A stretch of 64,000 bases of DNA, taken from Macrostomum lignano (taxonomy: Eukaryota). This document shows positions 48,578-60,297 of this stretch, one piece after another. A program made the position numbers and the translations under genes. Each line of letters starts with the position of its first letter. The stretch's first letter is position 1. Below the pieces are notes generated by a model. It saw nothing but the letters and a program-made list of their open reading frames with translations. It was not told the origin of the DNA and did not search any database. Location of the stretch: the NCBI GenBank assembly GCA_002269645.1, contig NIVC01001962.1, positions 1-64,000 of the forward strand. The letters run 5' to 3'.

Positions 48578-51500
48578 GTTGCCCTGCTGGAAACAAATTC
48601 GTTTGGAAATGCTGTTTAAATAAATATAATATTATTACAAATGAAAGCTGTGAGCACTCCACAGATTCTAAAAGGACTCGATGGGCTACTCAGGCATATA
48701 TGCTTAGTAAAACAGCTTTCTACTTACAGTTCAGTAGCAAAGAAGAATACATAAGCTATTTTATGAAAATAAAGGTGGCTAAAATGACTTTGATAAGTTT
48801 GCAGATGTAAACATCTTGCTAATTGGTTCAGCAGTAATGTACATTAGCCCATCCACTAAAATGTACATGGCAGCTTTAGGCTGGAACTCTCAGAAAGGCA
48901 ATAAAAATTGGGGTGCGATGGGGGGTAGTGTGAAAAGGGGCAGTTGGAGGTGCATTTAAGTTAGGGGAGGTAAGAGCCATAAATGAGCCATGGCTTAAAA
49001 AATAACATTAAAATGCTTCTGTTTAACCCACTACTGAACTGAAAGTAGCTTGCACGCAAATTCCACTGACTCCTGAACACATACAAGATGTCAATACTGT
49101 ATGCAGGCATGCGCTCATACACAAGCTCACACAGGGTGTACATCAGTCCTGACCTAATTGTCAGACTGTACACTCTCTGTGCCCTGGGGGTTGCATTGGC
49201 CCTTTATGAGATCACTAGCAATCTTATTATCTCCCACTGGGGAGGCAGCAAAGAAAGTCATAAGACAGGATGAAATTATTGTATTTGGCATGTCCAATAG
49301 AACTATGCAATTTTTTATAATGCACAAAACAATCTTCACTTGTTGCACCTTATGATTTTCAACTTAACAAATTAAAAACTACAAATTAGAAAATAATTAA
49401 TATTTTTATCAACTGAATATAAATGTAGTGAAGTTACATTTGTTTAATCCTGTTCTTGAGAAACAGTTCTGTTTTTTTCTTTAAAATCAACTTACAAGTA
49501 TAATAGTCCAGATGGTTTTCTTTGAAAAAAAATCAAATTCCTGCCAAATTTTTACTGTATTTTTTTTTAGTTTACAGGTGCAAATATTATCTTAATAACT
49601 AACAATTTGAATCAATTTGACAATGCATATAAAACCCCAATCCAATTTCCAAAGAACAAATAGAATGCAATAAAAACTGCAAATACTAAAAATGAGTTCT
49701 ATGAAAAAAACATAAATTTAAATTTTCACAAAAGAAATGTGTGGATTTTTTAATTTTAACATTCAAGTAATTATTTTTTTTAGATTTATATTTTATTCAT
49801 ATTTGAAAATTTCCATCAAATCAAAAGATTAAGCCTAGTATATATAATTAAAAAAACCAAACTAATGGTTTTCTTTCTATGTCAATCATTTTGAATTGTC
49901 TTGTAGGCATAATATTCATATTCAAACACATAGGCCTTGATCCATAAACTATAAAGAATCCTCATGAAATGCTGACTATGAAAAAAGCAGAGATTTTCAT
50001 TATTCATTAAACATAATTGGATTTAGATTGGAAAACATAAATTCAAAAAGATCATAACTCTGGAATTGTAAATAAACAAAATTAAATAAAGCAATATTCA
50101 ACCATTGCAGAAAATAATTAAAAAGTTAAGGTTTGATTTCCCTTAAGATTTGCAAGTAATTTTACTATTTAAAAATGAAATGGCTATTACCAAAGAATAT
50201 TTTTCTTGTCACTAAAATGACTATAATCCATGGCTAAGGGATCCTATGGCATATATAGTAGAACTAGGTGCTTCTAGCAGCTACAGATACCAAGGATAGC
50301 CTATGGTAGATAGGTGTTCTTATAGCTATAGCTATGGAAATATAATAATTGCAGTCAAATTTTGTAGATTCTTGTAGTTGTAATTATAAATTGAAAAAAA
50401 TATTAAAAGGTAAAATAAAACTAAGATACTTAGTATAAATTATATCATAGATTCAAAAACTTAAAAATTATAACTAATATAGTACAATAAAACTAGCAAA
50501 TTTTTTTATCAATGTTAAAAAGTTTAATAGTGGTACTTTTTAGTAGCTAGATTAAAATGTAATTGTACAAAAGGCAGTTGAGTGTTAGTTTGAGTTTATC
50601 TTTATTTGTAATAGTTTAAGTTCTAAGTTATCCTCTTGATTCAAACTATTTTTTTTCTTAGACTTTTTGTTAAAACTATAACTATGGGAAAATGGTAATA
50701 TTGGGGTCCCAATGGCTATGAAATATGGAGAATTGAAAGAAGCCATAGTTGTGCTTATGGCTACAGTATATGGACCCCCCTATGGCAGAATATTAGGCCT
50801 AGTTATAATAGATAATAGATATCCCCTTTTCTACACCAGATAGACACCTATCCATATCCCAATGAATTCGAATTAAAATCAATGTTGATTACAAAAAACC
50901 AACACATTTCAACCTATAAGGTCTATTATCTGTATATTTGATTGATAAAATAGGCCTATGAAAACTCTATATATTATAAATTACTAGGCTTAGGCCAAAC
51001 GCCAAATAGGGCCTAGTCTAGGATAAAACCTATCAAATAAATAGGAAATAATATATGAAAGCATTATAGGCCTATAGACAAGGGATAAAAAATAAGGAAA
51101 ATGTGAAAAGAACTAAAATTTATAGCCTAACAAAAATAGGCTTAGTCAATATTAAAACACCTTAAGGTGACTTGCACTTTATATAATATCTAGATAGGTA
51201 AAAAAATAAAGCTAGGCCTTGGGGCTTTGAACTTTTTTGTGCAATAAGTGTAGAATGCCAGGTCTACTTACAATTAGAATGGTTAAATCAATTTTAAAAA
51301 GCTCAATAAGACTATTATTTTGCTTTAGTCAATCTAAAAACTAAAAGTGGCATATTGACATTGTTCAAATGCTTTTGTATAAAAAATTAAAATTGTTTAC
51401 TTTTATTCTTATATTGATTTAATAGATTGACTATAGAGATGGCTATTATGGCTTAAAAGTAGAAATGTAAAAAAAGTCACTTTTTCATGTTGGATAGTCA

Positions 51501-51749
51501 TGGCCAATGGCCTTCTGTATATCAGAACTATAAGCTGATATTATGAAGCACCTCTTGTCATTACAATGACTATACTTATAGTCTTTAATTTTTATAAAAA
51601 TAGTGTCTATAACAAAAGCAACTTGTCACCAAAATGAATAGAATATTTGTCACAAGAATGTCTATCACTGAAACAATTGATACCCATAGCCATAGCTATG
51701 GTGGAACACTACTAATGACTGACTAGCATGGTTTATAAATGGTTTAGAC

Positions 51750-53000
51750 CTGCGTACAAGCAAGCAAGGCAGCAAGCAAACAAGCAAGATTTTTTGGCAA
51801 TGTCCTACTTTCCCGCGTTAAATTACATTTTTGACTCCCACCTTAGCAAGTTTCTCTGGCGCTGACTCTAGGGACCTACCCAAAAAGAGCTTTGGCAACT
51901 TTCTGTACTGGCTGACACATTACTACACTACGCCGTGTACTACTCCTTTTAATACCTAAGACTCATTTTAAATCTTGAATAAACTTGCTTTTGTTTGTTT
52001 GTTTCACTTATTTTAGGTCAAAAGAATAATTTAACGCGGGAAACTAGGACATTGCCGATTTTCTTTTTTAGTATGGATTTAATAATAATAAATCAATATT
52101 AATAATAATAATATTTTAATATTGATTTGTATAAAAAGCATCATCACTAGGCCAAAGGTGCTATCCATGAATCAACATTTAGTTCAACACAAATCCAAAG
52201 CCTCAGCCTGGACCTGATGCCTGTCATCATCAGACATTATTCATGAATAGGGGCCTACCAAATGCTGGGATGAATTGGAAAGCACAATGTATTTCTCGCC
52301 AATACACTTTGACTCATATGATAAATGTATTTCAGCCCGGTATCTAATAATAACTGACTGTAAAATAAAAATATTTGCTTCTATTTAATTTATCATTGCC
52401 ATTGGCACTTGTTATTTGGCCAGTCACTGTATACTGTAAAGCAGAAACATTGCGCAACAGCTTTGTCGTTGAATTTCGAGACAACACAACTTCATTCTAA
52501 GAAAGACGCACCAAAAACCTGTTTTGAAAGTTTTCGCACGGTAAAAGCAAACAGCCAAGATTATTATCGTATTAAATGACTAAGTTATTAGTTTAATAAG
52601 ATAAAATAATATAAGCTTGTTTTTTAAACCTTTCTAATTAAAATACTGTTACTAATGTTCTCTGGGGCTACACCACGATTTTGCAGCAATTTAAATTAAA
52701 ATATTTATTTTTTCCTTTTAAATCAGTCAGATTTCTTCTGAAATTTCTGAACTGGACTAAACTACCTTTGGCTTTAGGCTTTACGAGACGTTTCTCTAAC
52801 TTTCTAGTTTCTAGTATACGAGATAGTTTTTAATTGTTTATTTAATATTCGTAAAGAATGATTAACCACCCATAAACTCATTTTCGTCATACCTGAAATT
52901 ATCCTAAAACAACCTCGTTAGAGGAATTTGTGTTGAACACTTAATTTACCGAGAGTTGATACGAAGACACCGTTTAAAGTAGTGATTTAAAATTAGACGG
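51750..53000. promoter_or_regulatory. Candidate bidirectional promoter (DDX21/NEMF and STT3B), a CpG-retaining segment inside CpG-depleted DNA
   Basis: It lies between head-to-head genes. I count roughly 29 CpG in 1.25 kb here versus ~2 in each 2-2.6 kb flank. Confidence 0.5.
51796..52056. repeat. 30-bp inverted repeat (29/30) with ~200-bp spacer; each arm holds TTTCCCGCG
   Basis: 51796-51825 ggcaatgtcctactttcccgcgttaaatta versus 52027-52056 taatttaacgcgggaaactaggacattgcc. Confidence 0.85.
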
Positions 53001-53065
53001 AATCCTTACAATCACTTTTAGATTAAATAAATTTGAAGGCATTTGTAAAGCTGAACAAACTTGTA

Positions 53066-56000
53066 ATGGGTGAAGGTCTTCAAATTGGAGCTACTGGATG
53101 GACCAGTTTGATTACTGTTTTTGTGCTTGGTCTTGCCTGGATTGCTGGTTTTAGCTCAAGATTGTTTAGTGTGATTAGATATGAAAGCATCATTCATGAG
53201 TTTGATCCCTGGTTCAATTATCGCTCTACTGCTCATATGGTTGAGAATGGATTCTATGAATTCCTTAACTGGTTTGATGAACGAGCCTGGTATCCATTGG
53301 GTCGCATTGTTGGTGGCACTGTATATCCAGGACTAATGGTAACATCTGGTAAGTGTTCTATTGTTATTTTAATTTTGAATTATATATTATCTTTTCATCC
53401 AAATTAGAAACTAATACTCAAAAAATATATTTAGAAACTCTTTGACTTTCTTCTTTATTATTTTGTCTTTAAGGCAATATCCATGTAGGCATTATGATTT
53501 TGAACAATCTAGGTATATATAAATTAAAAGTCAAATAAGATCATAATCTTATGTTTAGAATTTGATATTTTTAATTAATTTAAATCTTGACTTGATAATT
53601 GATTGAATCTCAATTTTAAAAGTGCCAAAAACTGGCAAGAATCCAAGATACCAAGTTTACTTTTTTTCTTTAACTATATAAAACTTTATACAAATTAAAC
53701 AATTCTTTTTAGTTTTTAGCTTTTATTCTTTTATGGAAATATCAAAATCCTTAGTCTAGCAAAAAAGTTTTAAAATTGATAATATAAATTGATAAATTAG
53801 AAAATAATTATGAAAAATCTTTAGGCCTAATAAATTTTTATATATATTGGCATATGCCTATACCAAAAAATATTTTTTCTAGGCTACATACAGAGTCTTC
53901 CAAAGTATTAGGTTTATGCCATAGTCTAGAATCTAGATCATGCTAGGTGTATAGCTGAACAAAAATTGAACAAATACAAATATATGCCAATGTATATCAT
54001 ATTTTTTTGATTGTATACCAACTAAAAAATAAAAGTACTAGCCAATGTAAATTCAATTGCATAAAAAATTAAAACTAGTTTAAGAATTCTAATTTTTAGG
54101 TTTATAATTTCTTTTGCTAAAAAATAAAAAAATCATGAAGATGTGTTAAAATGCACTAATACAAGTTTACAAAAACTAGAAATCCTAAATTTAATGCTAA
54201 ATAAACTTCATAATATTTTTTCACTTAACCAAAGGAACTCTTCCATATGAATACATAAAGCATATGCCAGGTATGCATATAAACTTATGCTAGTATTTTT
54301 TCTAATACAATTGCACTAGATATTGTGCTAGTGCAGTTATACTAGTTTTATCCATAGACATTTTCATATCTTTCCGACACATACAAAGTTAACATTTGCA
54401 AAAAATGATAATAGAAAAAGGACACTAGACATTTGAGGTTATGAAATGTTAATATTGACTTTCTTTCATATTTTCTAGTATAACTCTTAACCTAAACTCA
54501 ATAAAAAAGAAATTCAAAAAACAAGTTCTTTTGTTGAAAAATTATCCTTAGTTTGACTCATTGAACAAAAAATGGTCAAAGTACAAAGGAGCTAGAGAAA
54601 TAATTCCAGGAACTTTTGGGATAACCCCTTGTATATATATACAAGATACATAATCCTTGTATATATATACAATTATCTCTAGAATATTGATAATTTCTCG
54701 ATCCAAAATAGTTTTATAGTAACTGTAAAGTATTAAGCTTTTTAGATTTAGAGTTGCAAAACTAAATAGTTTAGCCTAAACCAAAAGTGTTTCTTTTAGA
54801 GAGATTTTCATTCAAGTCAAGAAAGCAAATGTTTAATTCCTATGGGACTTTAAGGTTGTTAGCCCTTAGGGGCCTATATTGTGGCTAAATATCAAATTGT
54901 ATTAGAAAAATGCTTAAAGTATATTAAACACAGCTAGTCTTTTTGTTTCTATAAACAATTGAGCTTTAAGTGCACCTTGGAACTAACCATTTCTGGCAAG
55001 ACTGCTATTTGCAAAAACACCTTTGATATTTATAAAAATGTACCTTAAAATGAAAACATATTTTAAGTGTAAATGTAGCACTTTAGAATTTTAGCAATTT
55101 TTGCATTTAAAATACCAATCCCAATTCTTTAATTAGGCTAATTAATATTTCTGCATGCTGCATGTTGATAGCTAAAAAGAATAGATTTCTTTTACTTGAA
55201 GTACTTGAATTACTAAGTATTTCAATTCATATTTTATTTTAAATTTGAAAATGTAAAGTTTTGACTTTAGAATTAATTGTTTATTTTATTAAAAACTTAC
55301 TAATCTAAATATGGTTTTGAGCTATAAAAATAAAAAAGGCAATTTATCATGGTAGTTTATTATAAAAGTATTTATTTATAAAACATAGCCCATCAATAAC
55401 ACATTGTAGGCTTCATCCACTATGTGCTGAGCCTGCTAAACATTCCTGTGCACATCCGTGAAGTGTGCGTCTTTCTGGCGCCAATCTTCAGTGGCATGAC
55501 TGCCATCGCTACCTATCTGCTAACCAAAGAACTCTGGAATGGAGGCGCTGGACTTTTTGCAGCCTGCTTTATTGCGATTGGTAAGCGATTGTGATATTTT
55601 ATTGAAATCATATTTCATAATATTACATGAGCTCATTGCCAGTAATATTTAGCCCAATGACACTGCAAACATTAAAACAGGGGTTGGCAAACGCCTCTTC
55701 CTCCTCTTCTCTCCTCCTCTCCTCTCCTCCTCTCTCCTCTCCTCTCCTCCTCTCCTTTCCTCTTCCTTCTCTGCTCTCCTCCTCTCCTCTTCTCTCCTCC
55801 TCTCCTCTCCTCCTCTCTCCTCTCCCTCCTCTCCTCTCCTCTTCCTCCTCTCCTCTCCTCCTCTCCTTTCCTCTTCCTTCTCTGCTCTCCTCATCTCCTC
55901 TTCTCTCATCTCCCCCTCTCCTCTCCCTCCTCTCCTCTCCCTCCTCTCCTCTCCCTCCTCTCCTCTCCCTCCTCTCCTATCCCTCCTCTCCTCTCCCTCC

Positions 56001-59000
56001 TCTTCTCCCTCCTCTTCTCTCCCTCCTCTTCTCTCCCTCCTCTTCTCTCCCTCCTCTCACCGCCCCTGAGATTAAGTTTGCCTTACCCCGTACGACAAGA
56101 GTCGAACCCGGTACTGCACCGTTGCATCGCCCTCCCCTCTCCTCCCCCTCGCCGATCCGCAGTCCCCGGCTACATCAGCCGCTCCGTGGCCGGCAGCTAC
56201 GACAACGAGGGCATCGCCATCTTCGCCCTGATGTTCACCTACTACCTGTGGATCAAGGCGGTGAAGACCGGCACCATATTCTGGGCGGCCATGGCTGCTG
56301 TGTCCTATTTCTACATGGTCGGAGCCTGGGGTGGCTACGTGTTCATCATCAATCTCGTACCGCTGCACGTGTTCGTTCTGCTGCTCATGCAGCGCTACTC
56401 AGCCAGGATCTACGTTGCCTACACTACATTCTACATTCTGGGCTTGCTGCTCAGCATGCAGATCCCATTTGTGGGATTTCAGCCGATTAGAACTAGCGAG
56501 CACATGGCTAGCGCAGGCGTGTTTGTACTGCTGCAGGCCTACGCTGCCCTGCGCTACCTGCAGCACAGCCTCACCAAGAGCCAGTTCCGGCATTTCTTCT
56601 TTCTGTCCGCCGTGAGCTGCTTCGCCTAAACTTCCATGACAACCACATCTTTGGCTTAATTCAGTTTGACGTCATCTTTAGCCTCATTACAAGAATCGCC
56701 CCTTAGCCTCAGTTATAAGAATCGCCCCTCAGCCTCATTACAAGAATTGCCCCTTAGCCTCGGTTACAAGAATTGCCCCTTAGCCTCAGTTACAAGAATC
56801 GCCTCTTAGCCACAGTTACAAGAATCGCCCTTAGCCTCGATTACAAGAATCGACCCTTAGCCACAGGTACAAGAACCGCCCCTCAGCCTCAGCTTCAAGA
56901 ATCGCCCTTTAGCCTCAGCTACAAGAGTCGCCCCTCAGCCTCAGCTACAAGAATCGCCCCTCAGCCTCATTACAAGAATCGCCCCTCAGCCTCAGTTACA
57001 AGAATTGCCCCTTAGCCTCGGTTACAAGAACTGCCCCTCAGCCTCAGCTTCAAGAATCGCCCCTCAGCCTCAGTTACAAGAATCGCCCCTCAGCCTCAGT
57101 TACAAGAATTGCCCCTCAGCCTCATTACAAGAATCGCCCCTCAGCCTCAGTTACAAGAATTGCCCCTTAGCCTCGGTTACAAGAACCGCCCCTCAGCCTC
57201 AGCTTCAAGAATCGCCCCTTAGCCTCAGCTTCAAGAATCGCCCCTCAGCTTCAAGAATCGCCCCTTAGCCTCAGTTACAAGAATCGCCCCTTAGCCTCAG
57301 CTTCAAGAATCGCCCCTTAACCTCAGTTACAAGAATCGCCCCTCAGCCTCATTACAAGAATCGCCCCTCAGCCTCATTACCAGAATCGCCCCTCAGCCTC
57401 ATTACAAGAATCGCCCCTTAGCCTCAGCTTCAAGAATCGCCCCTCAGCTTCAAGAATCGCCCCTTAGCCTCGGCTACAAGAATCACCCCAACGCCCAAAC
57501 ATACGCCAGGTGGCCGCGGCGGGCCTGGTGTTCGCCTCAGTCGTGGGCCTCACCTACCTGGGCTACGTGGCGCCCTGGAGCGGCCGGTTCTACTCCCTGT
57601 GGGACACCGGCTACGCCAAGATCCACATCCCCATCATCGCCAGTGTCTCCGAGCACCAGCCAACTCCCTGGGTGAGCTTCTTCTTCGACTTGCACATCCT
57701 TGTCTGCGTCTACCCTGCCGGCGCCTGGTTCTGCATCCGGGATCTCACCGATGAGCGCGTCTTCATCGTCCTGTACGCCGTGTTCGCCTCCTACTTCGCC
57801 GGCGTCATGGTCCGCCTGATGCTCACGCTGACTCCCTGCGTCTGCGTGCTGGCCGCCATCGCCTTCTCGCGCCTGTTTGACATCTACTTGAAAGACGAGG
57901 TCGAGCCCGGCGCTGCTGCTGGCGCCGCTGGCGATTCTTCTTCGGCTGTTGGCGCCGGCTCTGGCGCCTCTGGTAATAAACGGCGCCAACAGGCCGCCGG
58001 CGCCTCTTCTAGCGCCGGTTCGGCTTCGTCTGAGCCGCGCAATCTGTACGACAAGCCCAAGATTAAGCAGAGGGGAGACAGCGGCTCCTCGGCTGTCAGC
58101 GCCACGGGACAGCAGGTGCGTTCATTTAGCCGTGTCATGCCGTGTCTGTATAGAGATGCTCACCAAGCTCCGGTTTGGGGAAGTTTCTTAATAGTTGAAA
58201 CAGCTCGATTCTCGAGGATCGCTTGCTAAACACACCATAAAACGGCTTTGTTATCCACCCCGATAAGCGCTTCCTAAACACTTGGATAAACAGTCCCTAA
58301 ATACCCCGGTAACCGCTCCCTAAAGACTCCGATAACCGCTCCCTAAACACCCCGATAACCGCTCTCTAAAGACTCCGATAACCGCTCCCTAAACACCCCG
58401 ATAACCGCTCCCTAAACACCCCGATAACCGCTCCCTAAACACCCTGATAACCGCTCCCTAAACACTTGGATAAACAGTCCCTAAATACCCCGGTAACCGC
58501 TCCCTAAAGACTCCGATAACCGCTCCCTAAACACCCCGATAACCGCTCTCTAAAGACTCCGATAACCGCTCCCTAAACACCCCGATAACCGCTCCCTAAA
58601 CACCCCGATAACCGCTCCCTAAACACCCCGATAACCGCTCCCTAAACACCCCGATAACCGCTCCCTAAACACCCTGATAACCGCTCCCTAAACATACATG
58701 CGCAACTTTGGGAATCACCCGGCCGTTTCTATTGGCAACACACACATGTAAGTCGCTATTGGCTGAGAGCAGTCACGTGACTACTATTCCGTCCAATAGC
58801 GACTTACATGTGTGTGTTGCCAATAGAAACGGCCGGGTGAATCCCTAGGTTGCGCCCAAGCATGTCCCTAAACACCCCGATAACCGCTCCCTAAACACCC
58901 CGATAACCGCTCCCTAAACACTCCGATAATAACGCTTCCTTAATACCCTGTAAGTCGTTTTATAAACACACTAACAATTTTCTCACTTTAAACGCCCCGA

Positions 59001-60297
59001 TAGCAATACGCCAGGTGTGGCCAGGTGTGGCTGTATCTTGAACGCCCAACTCTGCTTAAGTTTTAAGGCTGAGAGACACAGATTAAGCATATAAGACGTA
59101 GGTCAAAGCCAGTGCTGTAAACTGCCTACCCCAGCCCGCCTTATTGATGCAGTGGCCCGTGTCGCTAAACTATTTCAGGGCGATCGACGCGACGACGAAG
59201 TGCTCGGCTTGAACGTGAAGTCGGTGGTGCTGCTGGTGTTTGTCATTGTGATTCTGCTGTTCTGCATGCACTGCACCTGGGTCACCTCCAATGCCTATTC
59301 GTCCCCGAGCATTGTGCTGGCCAGCTACAATCAGGACGGATCGCGGGTGATTCTTGACGACTTCAGGGAAGCTTATTATTGGCTGCGGAGGAACACGCAC
59401 GACAGGGCCCGGGTTATGAGCTGGTGAGGCGTTTGACAATTACCTGTCTTGGACCAAGCATTTCCCATGAAAGAGCCGCCCTCCCAGCCCCACTGATTCC
59501 CCATATAAAAGCGCCGCCCTCCCAGCCCCACTGATTCCCCATGTAAAAGAGCCGCCCTCCCAGCCCCACTGATTCCCCATGTAAAAGAGCCGCCCTCCCA
59601 TCCCCACTGATTCCCCATGTAAAAGCCCCCCCCCCAACCGCCCAGGTGGGACTACGGCTACCAGATCGCCGGCATGGCCAACCGCACCACCCTGGTTGAC
59701 AACAACACGTGGAACAACAGCCACATCGCTCTGGTCGGCAAGGCCATGGCCAGCAACGAGACGGAGGCCTACAAGATCATGCGCATGCTGGACGTTGACT
59801 ACGTGCTCATCATATTCGGCGGCGTCATCGGCTACTCCGGCGACGACATCAACAAGTTCCTGTGGATGGTCCGCATCGCCGAGGGCGAGCACCCGCGCGA
59901 CATCAAAGAGAGCGACTATTTCACTCCGCAGGGCGAGTACAAGATTGACGGCTCGGCCTCGCAGACCATGCTAAACTCGCTGATGTACAAGATGAGCTAT
60001 TATCGGTTCGGCGAGATGCAGACGGATTTTCGAACTCCGCCAGGATTCGATCGAACTCGGAATGCGGAGATCGGCCGCAAGCACTTCACATTGAAGCACC
60101 TGGAGGAGGCGTTCACCTCCGAGCACTGGATGGTCCGGATCTACAAGGTGAAGCAGCCGCCAAATCGCAATAAGATCGAGCAGCCAAAGTCCCGGGTTCG
60201 AGTCTTCAATACTAGGAAGACCCTTAGCAACAAGGTGGGCACCCTGCGCCAGAAGCCGTCAGTGGTGCGCGGCAAGCGCCCGGCCAGGAATCGTTGA
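53066..60297 (+). CDS. STT3B: Oligosaccharyltransferase catalytic subunit STT3B, 801 aa; join(53066..53348,55410..55580,56163..56611,57510..58115,59179..59423,59646..60297)
   Basis: Motifs: [38 protein letters not shown] (split by intron 5), [30 protein letters not shown]. The B-type loop with NLYDK and the AEGEH...[20 protein letters not shown] segment favour STT3B over STT3A. Intron phases 1,1,0,0,2 are consistent and the total is 2406 nt. Confidence 0.96.
55695..56060. repeat. CT-rich polypyrimidine low-complexity tract, STT3B intron 2
   Basis: Read directly from the sequence. Confidence 0.9.
56685..57483. repeat. 26-bp minisatellite filling STT3B intron 3
   Basis: Unit acaagaatcgcccctcagcctcagtt. 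Confidence 0.94.
58255..58930. repeat. 23-bp minisatellite, STT3B intron 4, interrupted by a MITE
   Basis: Unit ccccgataaccgctccctaaaca. Confidence 0.93.
58695..58864. mobile_element. Foldback MITE (~63-bp arms) with 9-10 bp TSD, Mutator-like by TSD length
   Basis: Arms are at 58700-58762 and 58793-58855. (t)ccctaaaca is duplicated at 58685-94 and 58865-74 relative to the host repeat unit. Confidence 0.8.
59465..59635. repeat. 38-bp minisatellite, ~4.5 copies, STT3B intron 5
   Basis: Unit aaagagccgccctcccagccccactgattccccatgta. Confidence 0.9.

Noticed and set aside
53885-54635. Possible decayed Tc1/mariner MITE (tacagagtcttccaaag ... cttttgggataaccccttgta)
   Set aside because: The termini match only loosely after heavy AT drift, which is insufficient to call without a consensus.
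48600-55400. AT-rich block as a NUMT, bacterial insert or horizontally acquired gene cluster
   Set aside because: There are no long ORFs or organellar genes. It contains a normal GT-AG-spliced first exon that joins in phase with the GC-rich STT3B exons. It is kept as a compositional finding instead.
36832-60000. Numerous antisense and alternative-frame ORFs overlapping NEMF, DDX21 and STT3B exons
   Set aside because: These are expected shadows of GC3-rich coding sequence, with no independent motifs.
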